Of a stretch of 64,000 nt of DNA, positions 12,553-21,055 are shown in pieces (position 1 is the stretch's first letter; every line of letters begins with the position of its first letter). The DNA lies in assembly GCA_001002325.1 (NCBI GenBank), contig LCNZ01000004.1:3818-67817 (forward strand), in the 5' to 3' direction. The notes below the pieces were generated by a model, which saw nothing but the letters and a program-made list of their open reading frames with translations, made no database searches and had not been told where the DNA came from. The position numbers were made by a program, and so were the translations under genes. Source of the DNA: Candidatus Amesbacteria bacterium GW2011_GWB1_47_19 (lineage in GTDB: Bacteria > Patescibacteriota > Microgenomatia > CAZETR01 > Amesbacteraceae).

Positions 12553-12876
12553 ATGCCCCGACTTACAATAAACGACCACATTAAAGTTCTCAGAGCAGAA
12601 TTCAGAGAAACAAAATTGGAAGTCTTGTCAAATTCCTCGCATCTTAAGATTCTTGATACCAGACTAAAATCCCTCCAAGTAGATTTTGAGGATTTTCAAA
12701 AAAATCTCGAATCATCCCTTTTTAAATGGAGAAGTGAAATACACGACCTCATTGACAAAGGTTTTTCTGCCAAGGCCAAAAAACTGGATGGGGAAGTGGG
12801 AGTTCTTAATAACCGGACCACTGAGCTTAGACAAAGAGTCGAAAAATTAGAAACATCAAGTTATACTGCAGGTTGA
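12553..12876 (+). CDS. Hypothetical coiled-coil protein (107 aa)
   Basis: ORF abuts the next gene with a 1-nt gap. Heptad-like sequence. Confidence 0.35.
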   Translation: MPRLTINDHIKVLRAEFRETKLEVLSNSSHLKILDTRLKSLQVDFEDFQKNLESSLFKWRSEIHDLIDKGFSAKAKKLDGEVGVLNNRTTELRQRVEKLETSSYTAG

Positions 12877-12877
12877 T

Positions 12878-13609
12878 ATGAATTCCTGGTGGGTGAAATT
12901 GATTGCAGTCTTTATTCTGGCATTTCTATTTTTGAAATTCACCCCGTCTTTACCTATCACCTCGGTTGTCACCCAGAAACAGGACCTGTTCACTATTTCC
13001 GGTGAGGGCAAGGTAACGGTTGTTCCCGACACCGGTATCGTTACATTGGGTGTCAATCTTACCCGTCCAACCGTCAAAGCCGCCCAGTCCGAAGTCAACG
13101 GAATCATTGACAAGGTTATATCCGGCTTAAAACAGCTCAATATCGACTCCAAGGACATAAAAACGGAGAACTATTCGGTCTATCCGGAATATGACTATAC
13201 CTCCGGCGCTCCCCGGGTTACCGGTTACCGGGTTTCCGCTGATTTGCGCATCACCGTCCGTGAACTGGACAAGTTAAACCAGGTTATCGACTCATCCACC
13301 TCCGCCGGAGCCAATACTGTTTCCGGAATTTCTCTGACGGTTGATGAAAAACGTTCTGATGAGCTGAAAAACCAGGCCCGTGAAGAAGCCGTCCGGCAGG
13401 CCAAAACCAAAGCGGAAAACCTCAGCCGGGCAGCCGGTATCAACCTGGGGAAAATCATTAATATCCGGGAAGACAACGGCACAGCTCCGGTACCTCTTTT
13501 ACTGGCTGCCGACAAAGTCGGCCGTGGTGGGGGAGGGGAGTCTACTCAAATCCAGCCGGGCTCAACTGATATAGTTTCCAACATCACCTTGACATACGAG
13601 ACTCGATGA
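12878..13609 (+). CDS. SIMPL-domain (DUF541, 26 kDa periplasmic immunogenic protein-like) protein
   Basis: N-terminal TM. ISGEGKVTVVPDTGIVTLGV...GYRVSADLRITVRELDKL pattern of the SIMPL family. Confidence 0.65.
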   Translation: MNSWWVKLIAVFILAFLFLKFTPSLPITSVVTQKQDLFTISGEGKVTVVPDTGIVTLGVNLTRPTVKAAQSEVNGIIDKVISGLKQLNIDSKDIKTENYSVYPEYDYTSGAPRVTGYRVSADLRITVRELDKLNQVIDSSTSAGANTVSGISLTVDEKRSDELKNQAREEAVRQAKTKAENLSRAAGINLGKIINIREDNGTAPVPLLLAADKVGRGGGGESTQIQPGSTDIVSNITLTYETR

Positions 13610-13693
13610 ATTTGTGAAACGGATATTATTCTTTCTTTGGACTTCCGTTATTCTTCTTATGTATTTTAACCATCTTCTCTGCCGCGCCGGTAT

Positions 13694-15220
13694 ATGTTTT
13701 CTTTAGCTCTTTTTATCGGTCTTTATTCATATGGGGTATTTTTCCTAGGAATAATAGGCTGGTTAACCCGCCCCGACATCTTCCTGTTCACCCTGATTTG
13801 GTTAATATTATTGATAATTTATATATTAAAAATTGATTTCAAACCTGCCCGTCCGGCAGGTGGGTTTCAAATTAACAATTTAAAATTAGATTCTCTTTCC
13901 CGGCTTTTTCTGCTGCTGATTTTTCTTCAGCTACTTATTAATCTTATAGGTGCTCTGGGGCCGGAATTGGGTTTCGATGCCCTCTGGTATCATCTGACAC
14001 TGCCTAAATTATGGCTTTCCGAAGGCTTTTTAAAATTCTATCCCGGGCCGATAAACAAATACTCCGTCATGCCCATGCTCACCGAACTGCTTTATATTCC
14101 CGCAGTTGCTCTCGGTAGTGCCGTCTGGGCAAAACTCATCCATTATTCCTTCGGTATTCTCACCCTATTCGTCACTTACCGGCTTTCCCGCAAATTTCTC
14201 ACCGTCCGCTACTCGTTATTGGCCGTATTGATTATGTCATCCAACCTGGTTTTCTCCTGGCAACAGGCTACCGCCTATATCGATCTGGCCAGAACTTTTT
14301 TTGAATCTCTGGCATTATTACTCTTCCTGGAAAATAAATTTTACAAAAGTGCCGTGTCCCTGGGTTTGGCCGCCTGTACGAAATTATTAGCTTTAGGCTC
14401 ACTACCAATATATTGGATTCTGCTATGGTACCAAAAACGGTCTGTAAAATATGCGATTTACTATTTACTAATAACGGTTATCTTGATTTCCCCCTGGCTT
14501 CTTCGTTCATATCTGGCCACCGGTAATCCCGTTTATCCGTTCTTCTCGCCCATGCTTGACGAAACTTCAATCTCACTGAATCCACTCGACATCTGGCGTC
14601 TGTTTATCTCCTCATCCGACCCCGTCAACCCGATACACTTAATAGTACTGCCTTTGGTGTTCCCCCAATTTCTTAGGCTTAAACTTAAACTTAGGCTAGT
14701 ATCTGTTTATTGTCTCCTGTCATTACTGGTCTGGTGGCTCACCCCCCGCACCGGCGGCGGCCGGTTTATCCTGCCGTATCTTCCCGCCTTTTCCGTTCTG
14801 ACCGCTATCATAATTTTCGAACTCCGGGATAAATTTATAAGAAATTTCCTGATTTATTTATCCCTGATATTATCCATCATCTCCATTTCATATCGCTTTG
14901 CCGCCAATACAAAATACCTACCCGTAATTTTCGGCCTTCAATCCCGGCAGGATTTTCTGTCAAAAAATCTGAATTTTTCTTTCGGCGATTACACCGACAC
15001 AGATAATTACCTGACTGCCATCCTTCATCCCTCCGACAAAATTGCCGTGCTGGGCATTAATAATCTGTTTTATATTCCCATAGCTCATATCACAGACGAC
15101 GTTTCCGGCGCCGATTATCTGCTTATCCGCTATACCGATTCGGATTTCGCTCCTGATTCTTCCTGGATGTTATTACACGAAAATCCGCTCACCCACACCC
15201 GCCTTTATCGCCATCCCTGA
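13694..15220 (+). CDS. Polytopic membrane protein, GT-C/PMT_2(ArnT)-like putative glycosyltransferase
   Basis: More than 10 TM segments. Loop GFDALWYHLTLPKLW resembles the DExxY-type loop of GT-C transferases. Weak. Confidence 0.4.
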   Translation: MFSLALFIGLYSYGVFFLGIIGWLTRPDIFLFTLIWLILLIIYILKIDFKPARPAGGFQINNLKLDSLSRLFLLLIFLQLLINLIGALGPELGFDALWYHLTLPKLWLSEGFLKFYPGPINKYSVMPMLTELLYIPAVALGSAVWAKLIHYSFGILTLFVTYRLSRKFLTVRYSLLAVLIMSSNLVFSWQQATAYIDLARTFFESLALLLFLENKFYKSAVSLGLAACTKLLALGSLPIYWILLWYQKRSVKYAIYYLLITVILISPWLLRSYLATGNPVYPFFSPMLDETSISLNPLDIWRLFISSSDPVNPIHLIVLPLVFPQFLRLKLKLRLVSVYCLLSLLVWWLTPRTGGGRFILPYLPAFSVLTAIIIFELRDKFIRNFLIYLSLILSIISISYRFAANTKYLPVIFGLQSRQDFLSKNLNFSFGDYTDTDNYLTAILHPSDKIAVLGINNLFYIPIAHITDDVSGADYLLIRYTDSDFAPDSSWMLLHENPLTHTRLYRHP

Positions 15221-15283
15221 AATTTCGCTATATATTCGGTGCTTCTTCCCATCTTTACCCTGCCGGGTTAAAATGGGTCACCT

Positions 15284-15856
15284 ATGGGCAGAAACAAAGC
15301 TAAAACATACTCCCAACCCGATGAAACCACCTGCGGACCGGCCGCTCTCAAGACCGCCCTGGAAATTCTGGGAATACGCAAATCCCTGCCTGGACTGGTA
15401 AAGCTCTGCGGTACCAACAAAAATGGCACTTCGGTAAAGAAACTTATCCGCGCGGCAAACCAGCTGGACTTGGCAGTACTGACGGTTGAATGGGCCACCC
15501 TGCGCCATCTGCATGCCGCTCTCAGGCACAATTCCCAAAAACCTTTAGCCGTCATTGTTGACTACCTCTATGATCTAGACCGGGATTATTCCCCGGACGA
15601 AGAATCAGGCCATTATGCAACTGTTGCCTCTTTTTCCGGCCGTCAGGGAAAAATCGTCCTTTTCGATTCCTCCAGCGGCGGACGTAAATCATATCTCTGG
15701 AGCGAATTTCTCGACCGCTGGTACGACTATGATTACCGCCGTATCAAAAACCGCCGTTCAAAAAAATGGCACAATCGGCTGATGCTTATACTGGCCAGGG
15801 ATGCCAGTCATCTTCCCCGGTTTACTACCTCCACCGCCAAACTCCACCTGCCTTAA
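15284..15856 (+). CDS. Cytoplasmic papain-like cysteine peptidase, C39-like domain
   Basis: QPDETTCGPAALKTAL (Gln oxyanion plus catalytic Cys) and GHYATVASF (His). No signal peptide. Confidence 0.55.
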   Translation: MGRNKAKTYSQPDETTCGPAALKTALEILGIRKSLPGLVKLCGTNKNGTSVKKLIRAANQLDLAVLTVEWATLRHLHAALRHNSQKPLAVIVDYLYDLDRDYSPDEESGHYATVASFSGRQGKIVLFDSSSGGRKSYLWSEFLDRWYDYDYRRIKNRRSKKWHNRLMLILARDASHLPRFTTSTAKLHLP

Positions 15857-16236
15857 TTTCTCTCAATCAGCCGTTTTTCGGCCCTTTTAGCCCCGAACCA
15901 CTTCTTACAGAACTCAACCGTTTTGTCTGCATCAAACCACTTACACGAAAAGATATTCAGGTATACGGACAGTTTATATTCGGAAAAATGTCCTGTCACC
16001 GAGCTGGTCTCGATCAACTGCACCAGGGAATAGCCTGACGTAACAGGATTTTCATGGCCGAAGTGGGGTATTAACGGCTCACCGTATCTTTTCATTTTTA
16101 TTACATCACGGCACAGTTTGATCACAAACTGCCTGATACCTTCCCCGTCTGAAATTTTCTTCAGATCGCACTCATACAAATCCAGGATCAGCTCCTGGCC
16201 GAATTGGTCATCGGTAATTCCGTTTTTGGTAATCAT
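15853..16236 (-). CDS. Pyruvoyl-dependent decarboxylase of the SpeH/AdoMetDC (PF02675-like) family with non-canonical cleavage site
   Basis: GQELILDLYECD...LIETSSVTGHFSEYKLSVYLNIFSC aligns with SpeH ...YECD...[25 protein letters not shown]. The ES cleavage dipeptide is replaced by TS(S). Confidence 0.6.
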   Translation of the reverse strand: MITKNGITDDQFGQELILDLYECDLKKISDGEGIRQFVIKLCRDVIKMKRYGEPLIPHFGHENPVTSGYSLVQLIETSSVTGHFSEYKLSVYLNIFSCKWFDADKTVEFCKKWFGAKRAEKRLIERN

Positions 16237-17291
16237 ATTCCCGGTGCGGCCAACAAAAAGTGCCTCTCCCGGATCCGGTCCGGTAAGCGGCCGTATACTC
16301 TTTTATAAGCGATCGCTACCAAAGATTCAATAAATTCCTCATAAGACCAACCCAAAGCCTGCACTGATTTCAAGGTAGCGTCCTGATCGTCAAACCTGTT
16401 CAGGCTGGGGCTCATATTTAAATCCACCACGTACGCCCGGCCCCGATCGTCGATCCGGATATCCAATCTGGCAATATCCCTGCACCCGAACGCCTTGTAC
16501 GCCCTTATCGCCAGCTTTTCCAGTTTTGAGGACAACCTATGGCTAACATTGGCAGGAGCCGTCACCCTGGCCCCCCAGTATTCCCAGGATGCCTTTTCCC
16601 ACTTGGCATCATAAGTATAGACATTCCAGTTATCAGCAAACTCGCCTGTAAACTCCAGCTCGCAATACGGCAGTGCCACTACATGCCTGCCGTTACCCAT
16701 GACAGTCACATGTATTTCCCGTCCGTCTATATATTCTTCCGCAATTACTTCCCCGGGGAATTTTTGAAAAACATATTTCACTCTTTCTTCAAGTTCCTGC
16801 TTGTCAATCACCACCGAATCTTGGGAAATTCCGATACCTGCGTGTTGCCCCGAAGGTTTGACTATCAGAGGATAATTTACCCCTCTTATATCATGGACTC
16901 TGGTCCGCCGATTAAAAATCCTGAAATCCGGTGTCGATATACCCAGCTGTTTCATCCTCCTTTTTATCCTGGCTTTCTTGGTGGCGTATTTGAAACACTT
17001 CATATCATGACCCACCTGGGCTCTGTCCAATTCTTCCAGTCTCCGCCCGACCCGCACATACAATTGCCACTCCTCATCTTCCACCAGGTTAAATACCACT
17101 TCCCCCGGAATCCTGACAGCCCTTCGCCAATTTTTTTTGTTCACTTCCTGCACCCGCACCATATGACCTCTGTCTTCCAGAGCCTTGGAAATACCGTCAA
17201 CCGCCTCCATGGTATCCTGCATATCTCCGGCCTCACCGGCGTAGAAAAGTATTGCAGCTGAAATCGGGTAATCAAACAGTAACGGTGTCAT
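16233..17291 (-). CDS. ATP-grasp ligase, D-Ala-D-Ala ligase (Ddl)-like, paralog A
   Basis: NYPLIVKPSGQHAGIGIS, EYIDGREIHVTVMG, YTYDAKWE and GCRDIARLDIRIDDRGRAYVVDLNMSPSL match the Ddl_C pattern. Its stop overlaps the decarboxylase start by 4 nt. Confidence 0.7.
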   Translation of the reverse strand: MTPLLFDYPISAAILFYAGEAGDMQDTMEAVDGISKALEDRGHMVRVQEVNKKNWRRAVRIPGEVVFNLVEDEEWQLYVRVGRRLEELDRAQVGHDMKCFKYATKKARIKRRMKQLGISTPDFRIFNRRTRVHDIRGVNYPLIVKPSGQHAGIGISQDSVVIDKQELEERVKYVFQKFPGEVIAEEYIDGREIHVTVMGNGRHVVALPYCELEFTGEFADNWNVYTYDAKWEKASWEYWGARVTAPANVSHRLSSKLEKLAIRAYKAFGCRDIARLDIRIDDRGRAYVVDLNMSPSLNRFDDQDATLKSVQALGWSYEEFIESLVAIAYKRVYGRLPDRIRERHFLLAAPGI

Positions 17292-18273
17292 ATTTGTTTA
17301 CGAACCTTAACCTGGCATTTTCGACGATGTGGACCAGCAAAGCCGGGAAAGTAAAACCGGCAGCTCTGGCCGATGCCCCGATCCCGCTATCTGGCTCAAA
17401 GTCTATTCCGGGATTATTGTTTATTTCCAATACATACACCGTTCCGTCGCGCACCCGCATATCCAACCGCGGGTAGTCACGACCGCCTAGCTTTATATAA
17501 CTGACTTTAGCCAGATGGTCGACCTGTCGGCTAATTTCCTCCGGCAATTCCGGAATCAACATGTATCCGGCCATACTGTATTCAGGCGAATCCTCCCGCC
17601 ACTTCATGTCGTAAGTCAGAATCGGCAGAAACCCTTTTTTCATCCTGAAACTGACCTCCGCAGGTGGCAAAATCCACGGTCTCCCGTTTTTCTCCAATAC
17701 GGTCACGTGCAATTCCCGACCTTCGATATATTCTTCTACCAATACCGGTTGATTGTATGTCTTCCCCAGCTTTTCCGCTTTTAATTCCGCTTCCCGAACA
17801 TCTCCGGCTACGCTATCCTGAGTAATCCCCTCGCCGCAATGACTATGTACTAGTTTCACAATCACTGGATATTTCAGTCCCTGCAAGTTGATCCCCCGAT
17901 GTGGGTACCATATTCTCCAACCGGGAGTGGGAATGCCATTTTTTTTCATTTCCGCTTTCATCAGCATTTTGTCCGCTGACAATTTATAACCCCGGGGATT
18001 GGACCCGGAGTAGGGGACACCTATTCTTTCCAGGGATTTAATCGTCTCCACCCCCAGAGGGTATTTATCCCCGTCCCACTCCACGAGGTTAAAAACAAAA
18101 TCGCTCCCGGTTATTTTGTGCAGGTCATGGACCTCATCCGGATGGATCCCTACGGCCTTGGTGGCATACCCCGCACCTGCTAATTGTGCGGTTACTGCTT
18201 CTGCCGAAATTTCTGTGTCCTGATCGGATTCACGATCCGACTCGGGCAGATTATATAAAACCGTTACTATCAT
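17272..18273 (-). CDS. ATP-grasp ligase, Ddl-like, paralog B
   Basis: KYPVIVKLVHSHCGEGIT, EYIEGRELHVTVL, LTYDMKWRE and GGRDYPRLDMRVRDGTVYVLEINNNPG. Overlaps paralog A by 20 nt. Confidence 0.7.
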   Translation of the reverse strand: MIVTVLYNLPESDRESDQDTEISAEAVTAQLAGAGYATKAVGIHPDEVHDLHKITGSDFVFNLVEWDGDKYPLGVETIKSLERIGVPYSGSNPRGYKLSADKMLMKAEMKKNGIPTPGWRIWYPHRGINLQGLKYPVIVKLVHSHCGEGITQDSVAGDVREAELKAEKLGKTYNQPVLVEEYIEGRELHVTVLEKNGRPWILPPAEVSFRMKKGFLPILTYDMKWREDSPEYSMAGYMLIPELPEEISRQVDHLAKVSYIKLGGRDYPRLDMRVRDGTVYVLEINNNPGIDFEPDSGIGASARAAGFTFPALLVHIVENARLRFVNKYDTVTV

Positions 18274-18440
18274 AGAACTTAAACATCAAAACTAATCAAT
18301 ATTAAGTGTGAAAAATATTTAAATCGCTGTCAAGTTTTTTTACAACGATATATAGTCGCATTTTGCCGGTTTTATATTCATAAAAACACTTTATCAAAAA
18401 CTATTGCGTTTAGAATATTAATTATTTATAATATTTAATA

Positions 18441-19094
18441 ATGACACCGACAAAAAGCCGTATTACCGCCATATCAATACCACAGGAAACACAAAAACTC
18501 CTTAAACAACTCCAGATCAAGTCCGGCAAAAGCCGGTCATTATTGTTGAGAGAAATGATAAATTATTATGTCTCGTCCGCGCGGCGGGAATCCCGTATCG
18601 CCAAAGCTGACTCACCGGTGACTTTTATTAACGATTCTGATGCCAATCTAATTCTGAAACTTTATCATCGTCTTTTATCTGAAAACCGGCCCAAACCCGT
18701 GGTTGTTGTAGGTATCGCAATTATTAATAAAAAAAATCGGGTACTTATCGGATTGCGTAAATCTACCGACCAATTAATCCGGGATTTGCATTGGACATTT
18801 CCCTCAGGTAAATTTTCCTCACTTAATTTCGAATCGGAACTTGTCAGAACTATCAGCCGTGAAACGGGAATTGACACCAATCCCGGTAATCTTATCCATG
18901 CCCGGCTCATACCTGATTCGCCAAAGAAAAAGGTCCGTATTATCGGTCTTTACTATCATTGCCGGGTTGCTTCCGGACGTCAGAAGCCCGGCGGAGATTT
19001 CAAAGAGCTCAAATGGGTGGATGCCGTAACTGTCAACCGCTTTTTCACCACAAGCGTCGCCGACGAAGTTATGAATTTCCTGGGTAATTTGTAA
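18441..19094 (+). CDS. Ribbon-helix-helix DNA-binding domain fused to a degenerate Nudix-like domain
   Basis: N-term ITAISIPQETQKLLKQL...SRSLLLREMINYY (CopG/Arc RHH). C-term GKFSSLNFESELVRTISRETGI resembles a Nudix box with the catalytic Glu positions partly lost. Confidence 0.55.
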   Translation: MTPTKSRITAISIPQETQKLLKQLQIKSGKSRSLLLREMINYYVSSARRESRIAKADSPVTFINDSDANLILKLYHRLLSENRPKPVVVVGIAIINKKNRVLIGLRKSTDQLIRDLHWTFPSGKFSSLNFESELVRTISRETGIDTNPGNLIHARLIPDSPKKKVRIIGLYYHCRVASGRQKPGGDFKELKWVDAVTVNRFFTTSVADEVMNFLGNL

Positions 19095-19113
19095 TAAATG
19101 ATATAATACCATC

Positions 19114-19362
19114 ATGGCTCCATCCCTCGATGAAATTGCGCGACTGGTATACCCTTCTGACGGAGATGCTGAAGACATGAGATTTTCAATACTGACGCTG
19201 AAGTCAAATTTTGAAGTAGCCTTACCTGCCGGAACCGAAGTTGTTATAGGTCCGGTAAATATGGATAAGGGTGAACATGTCTTTGATGCAACAACCCAAT
19301 TTGGATCTATGAGGAGAATTGTCAGAAACGACGCAGATATATATAAATATCCCGATAATTAG
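19114..19362 (+). CDS. Small hypothetical protein (82 aa)
   Basis: ORF 20 nt after the RHH-Nudix gene. TATAAT 6 nt before the ATG. Confidence 0.3.
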   Translation: MAPSLDEIARLVYPSDGDAEDMRFSILTLKSNFEVALPAGTEVVIGPVNMDKGEHVFDATTQFGSMRRIVRNDADIYKYPDN

Positions 19363-19415
19363 GACTATTTTCACTATTTAAAGTTTTCACGGACGGGTGG
19401 AGTAGGGGAGACCGA

Positions 19416-20384
19416 CTATTTCACCGGGTGATATTTCCGGTGCGTTTCCTCGGCAAATTTATCGGATGCATGCACGTATCTGGTGGTAGTATCCAGACTT
19501 TCATGGCCTAAAAGCACCTGTATCGCTGCCGGATTAGCTCCGGATTCCGCCAGATATGTGGCAAATCCGTGCCTTAAACTGTGCGCTGAAGTGGGGACGT
19601 TAATCCTTAGTTTTTCCCTGTATTCCTTGATTTTCGCCTGCAGGTAATTGGTGGAAATCCGGGACGAACTTTTTCTAGCCACCCGGCTGCCGCGCAAGGG
19701 TACAAACATTGCCGGTGCCTGATCCCGTCTTCGGGTTATGTATTGGTTGACCCAAAATGTCGCTCTGGCTGTCAAATATACAAATCTTTCTTTTTTTCCT
19801 TTGCCTTTTATAAACAACCTGCCTGTACCGTCAAGTTGGTTTTTATTCAGCGAAACCAGTTCCGAGATCCGCATACCCGAAGACAGCAATACTTCAAGCA
19901 TTGCCCGGTTTCTGATTCCTACAAGTTCATCTTTTTCCAGTCTTACCGGCGACTCTATCAGCTTCACTAGTTCACTAAGTTCCGCCACCTGCGGATGTTT
20001 CTTATCCGTCTTTACCATTTTAATTGCATCCGGCGGAACCGGTACCGGCTTGTCAATGTCTATCAGGTAACGCAGGTAGGTCCTGAGAGCTGATAAAATC
20101 CGGTTAATGGAGCGCGGTGCGAGAGTATGATCCGCTGTAAGCCCCGTAAACGGCTGTTTCCGGTCCCGGCTGACTATCCATGCCTTAAACTGGTTAATCG
20201 TTTGCTTGTTTAACCCCTTGAAGACGACATTTTCCTCACTAAAGAAATTTAGCAGGTATTTCAAATCCCGCTCATAATTATAAACAGTTTCTTCGGAATA
20301 GTTTTGGGTCTTCAGGTACAATAGGAAGTCATCAAAATAGGGTAATAAGGGTTTAGGTTTGGCTGCAGGTGCAGGGGAGTCCAT
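19416..20384 (-). CDS. Tyrosine site-specific recombinase, XerC/XerD family
   Basis: C-terminal LRHGFATYLAESGANPAAIQVLLGHESLDTTTRYVH (R-H-R-Y catalytic box II). Confidence 0.85.
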   Translation of the reverse strand: MDSPAPAAKPKPLLPYFDDFLLYLKTQNYSEETVYNYERDLKYLLNFFSEENVVFKGLNKQTINQFKAWIVSRDRKQPFTGLTADHTLAPRSINRILSALRTYLRYLIDIDKPVPVPPDAIKMVKTDKKHPQVAELSELVKLIESPVRLEKDELVGIRNRAMLEVLLSSGMRISELVSLNKNQLDGTGRLFIKGKGKKERFVYLTARATFWVNQYITRRRDQAPAMFVPLRGSRVARKSSSRISTNYLQAKIKEYREKLRINVPTSAHSLRHGFATYLAESGANPAAIQVLLGHESLDTTTRYVHASDKFAEETHRKYHPVK

Positions 20385-20768
20385 GCTTTTTAGAAAAATA
20401 CTTGCTCTTAGCCTATGTATTCCCTCTCCGAAGGAAACAGAGGCTAAGAGATATTATACTCCGTTTATATCATATTCAATTATACCTGTCAAGGTCCGGC
20501 AGGGAGTGGTTCCCTCCCTATCCCTTAATTCCGATGCTTAAATATATTTTTGATCCTATTAATTTTCTTATTTGTAATATCTAATTTCTCATATCTGCTA
20601 TCTCTACTCCGATGGGGGTTGGCACTTATCCACAGCGAATGTTAGATAAGTGTAATCTTTCCAGTATCAAACTATATCACTTAAAGCTAAAAAGGCCCTA
20701 TGTATAGCCCTATAGTATTACAATAATCGTGAAAACTCCCCTATTCCCCAGTGAAAACCATATTAAAA

Positions 20769-21053
20769 TTAACTATTTTCCATTTCACAATCTCTTCCGC
20801 CGCAACGGGTTAAAATTCCGTACTCATCCTGACCACAACCGCACGCCAGACTCCAGCGTTCCAATTGTCTTCGTCTCCCCCGCCTTCTTGAAGGACTGGT
20901 TGCTTTTTCCGGTGGAAAAGCCTCAGATGTACCAACACTCTTTCGCCTTTTATCATCCCCGTTTCTGGCATTTATTCCCAACTGTTCCAATCTGTTCCTC
21001 CTGTCCGCAATTTCTTCGAGATGTCTTTCAAATATTTTTTCTCCGAATGACAT
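20769..21053 (-). CDS. Small Arg-rich hypothetical protein (94 aa)
   Basis: ATG 2 nt after the TGA of the upstream membrane-protein gene (TGA-AT-ATG). Preferred over the overlapping plus-strand ORF at 20729-21082. Confidence 0.3.
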   Translation of the reverse strand: MSFGEKIFERHLEEIADRRNRLEQLGINARNGDDKRRKSVGTSEAFPPEKATSPSRRRGRRRQLERWSLACGCGQDEYGILTRCGGRDCEMENS

Positions 21054-21055
21054 AT

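Noticed and set aside
14670-14700. cttaggcttaaacttaaacttaggc near-palindrome
   Set aside because: It is inside the GT-C-like membrane protein ORF, encoding LRLKLKLRL. This is probably coding low complexity with no regulatory context.
16233-18273. Calling the tandem ATP-grasp genes simply ddl (peptidoglycan D-Ala-D-Ala ligase)
   Set aside because: Kept as Ddl-like only. Two paralogs translationally coupled to a pyruvoyl decarboxylase, plus an unusual QHAGIGIS / HSHCGEGIT P-loop region, argue against a plain housekeeping ddl. Phylogeny is needed.
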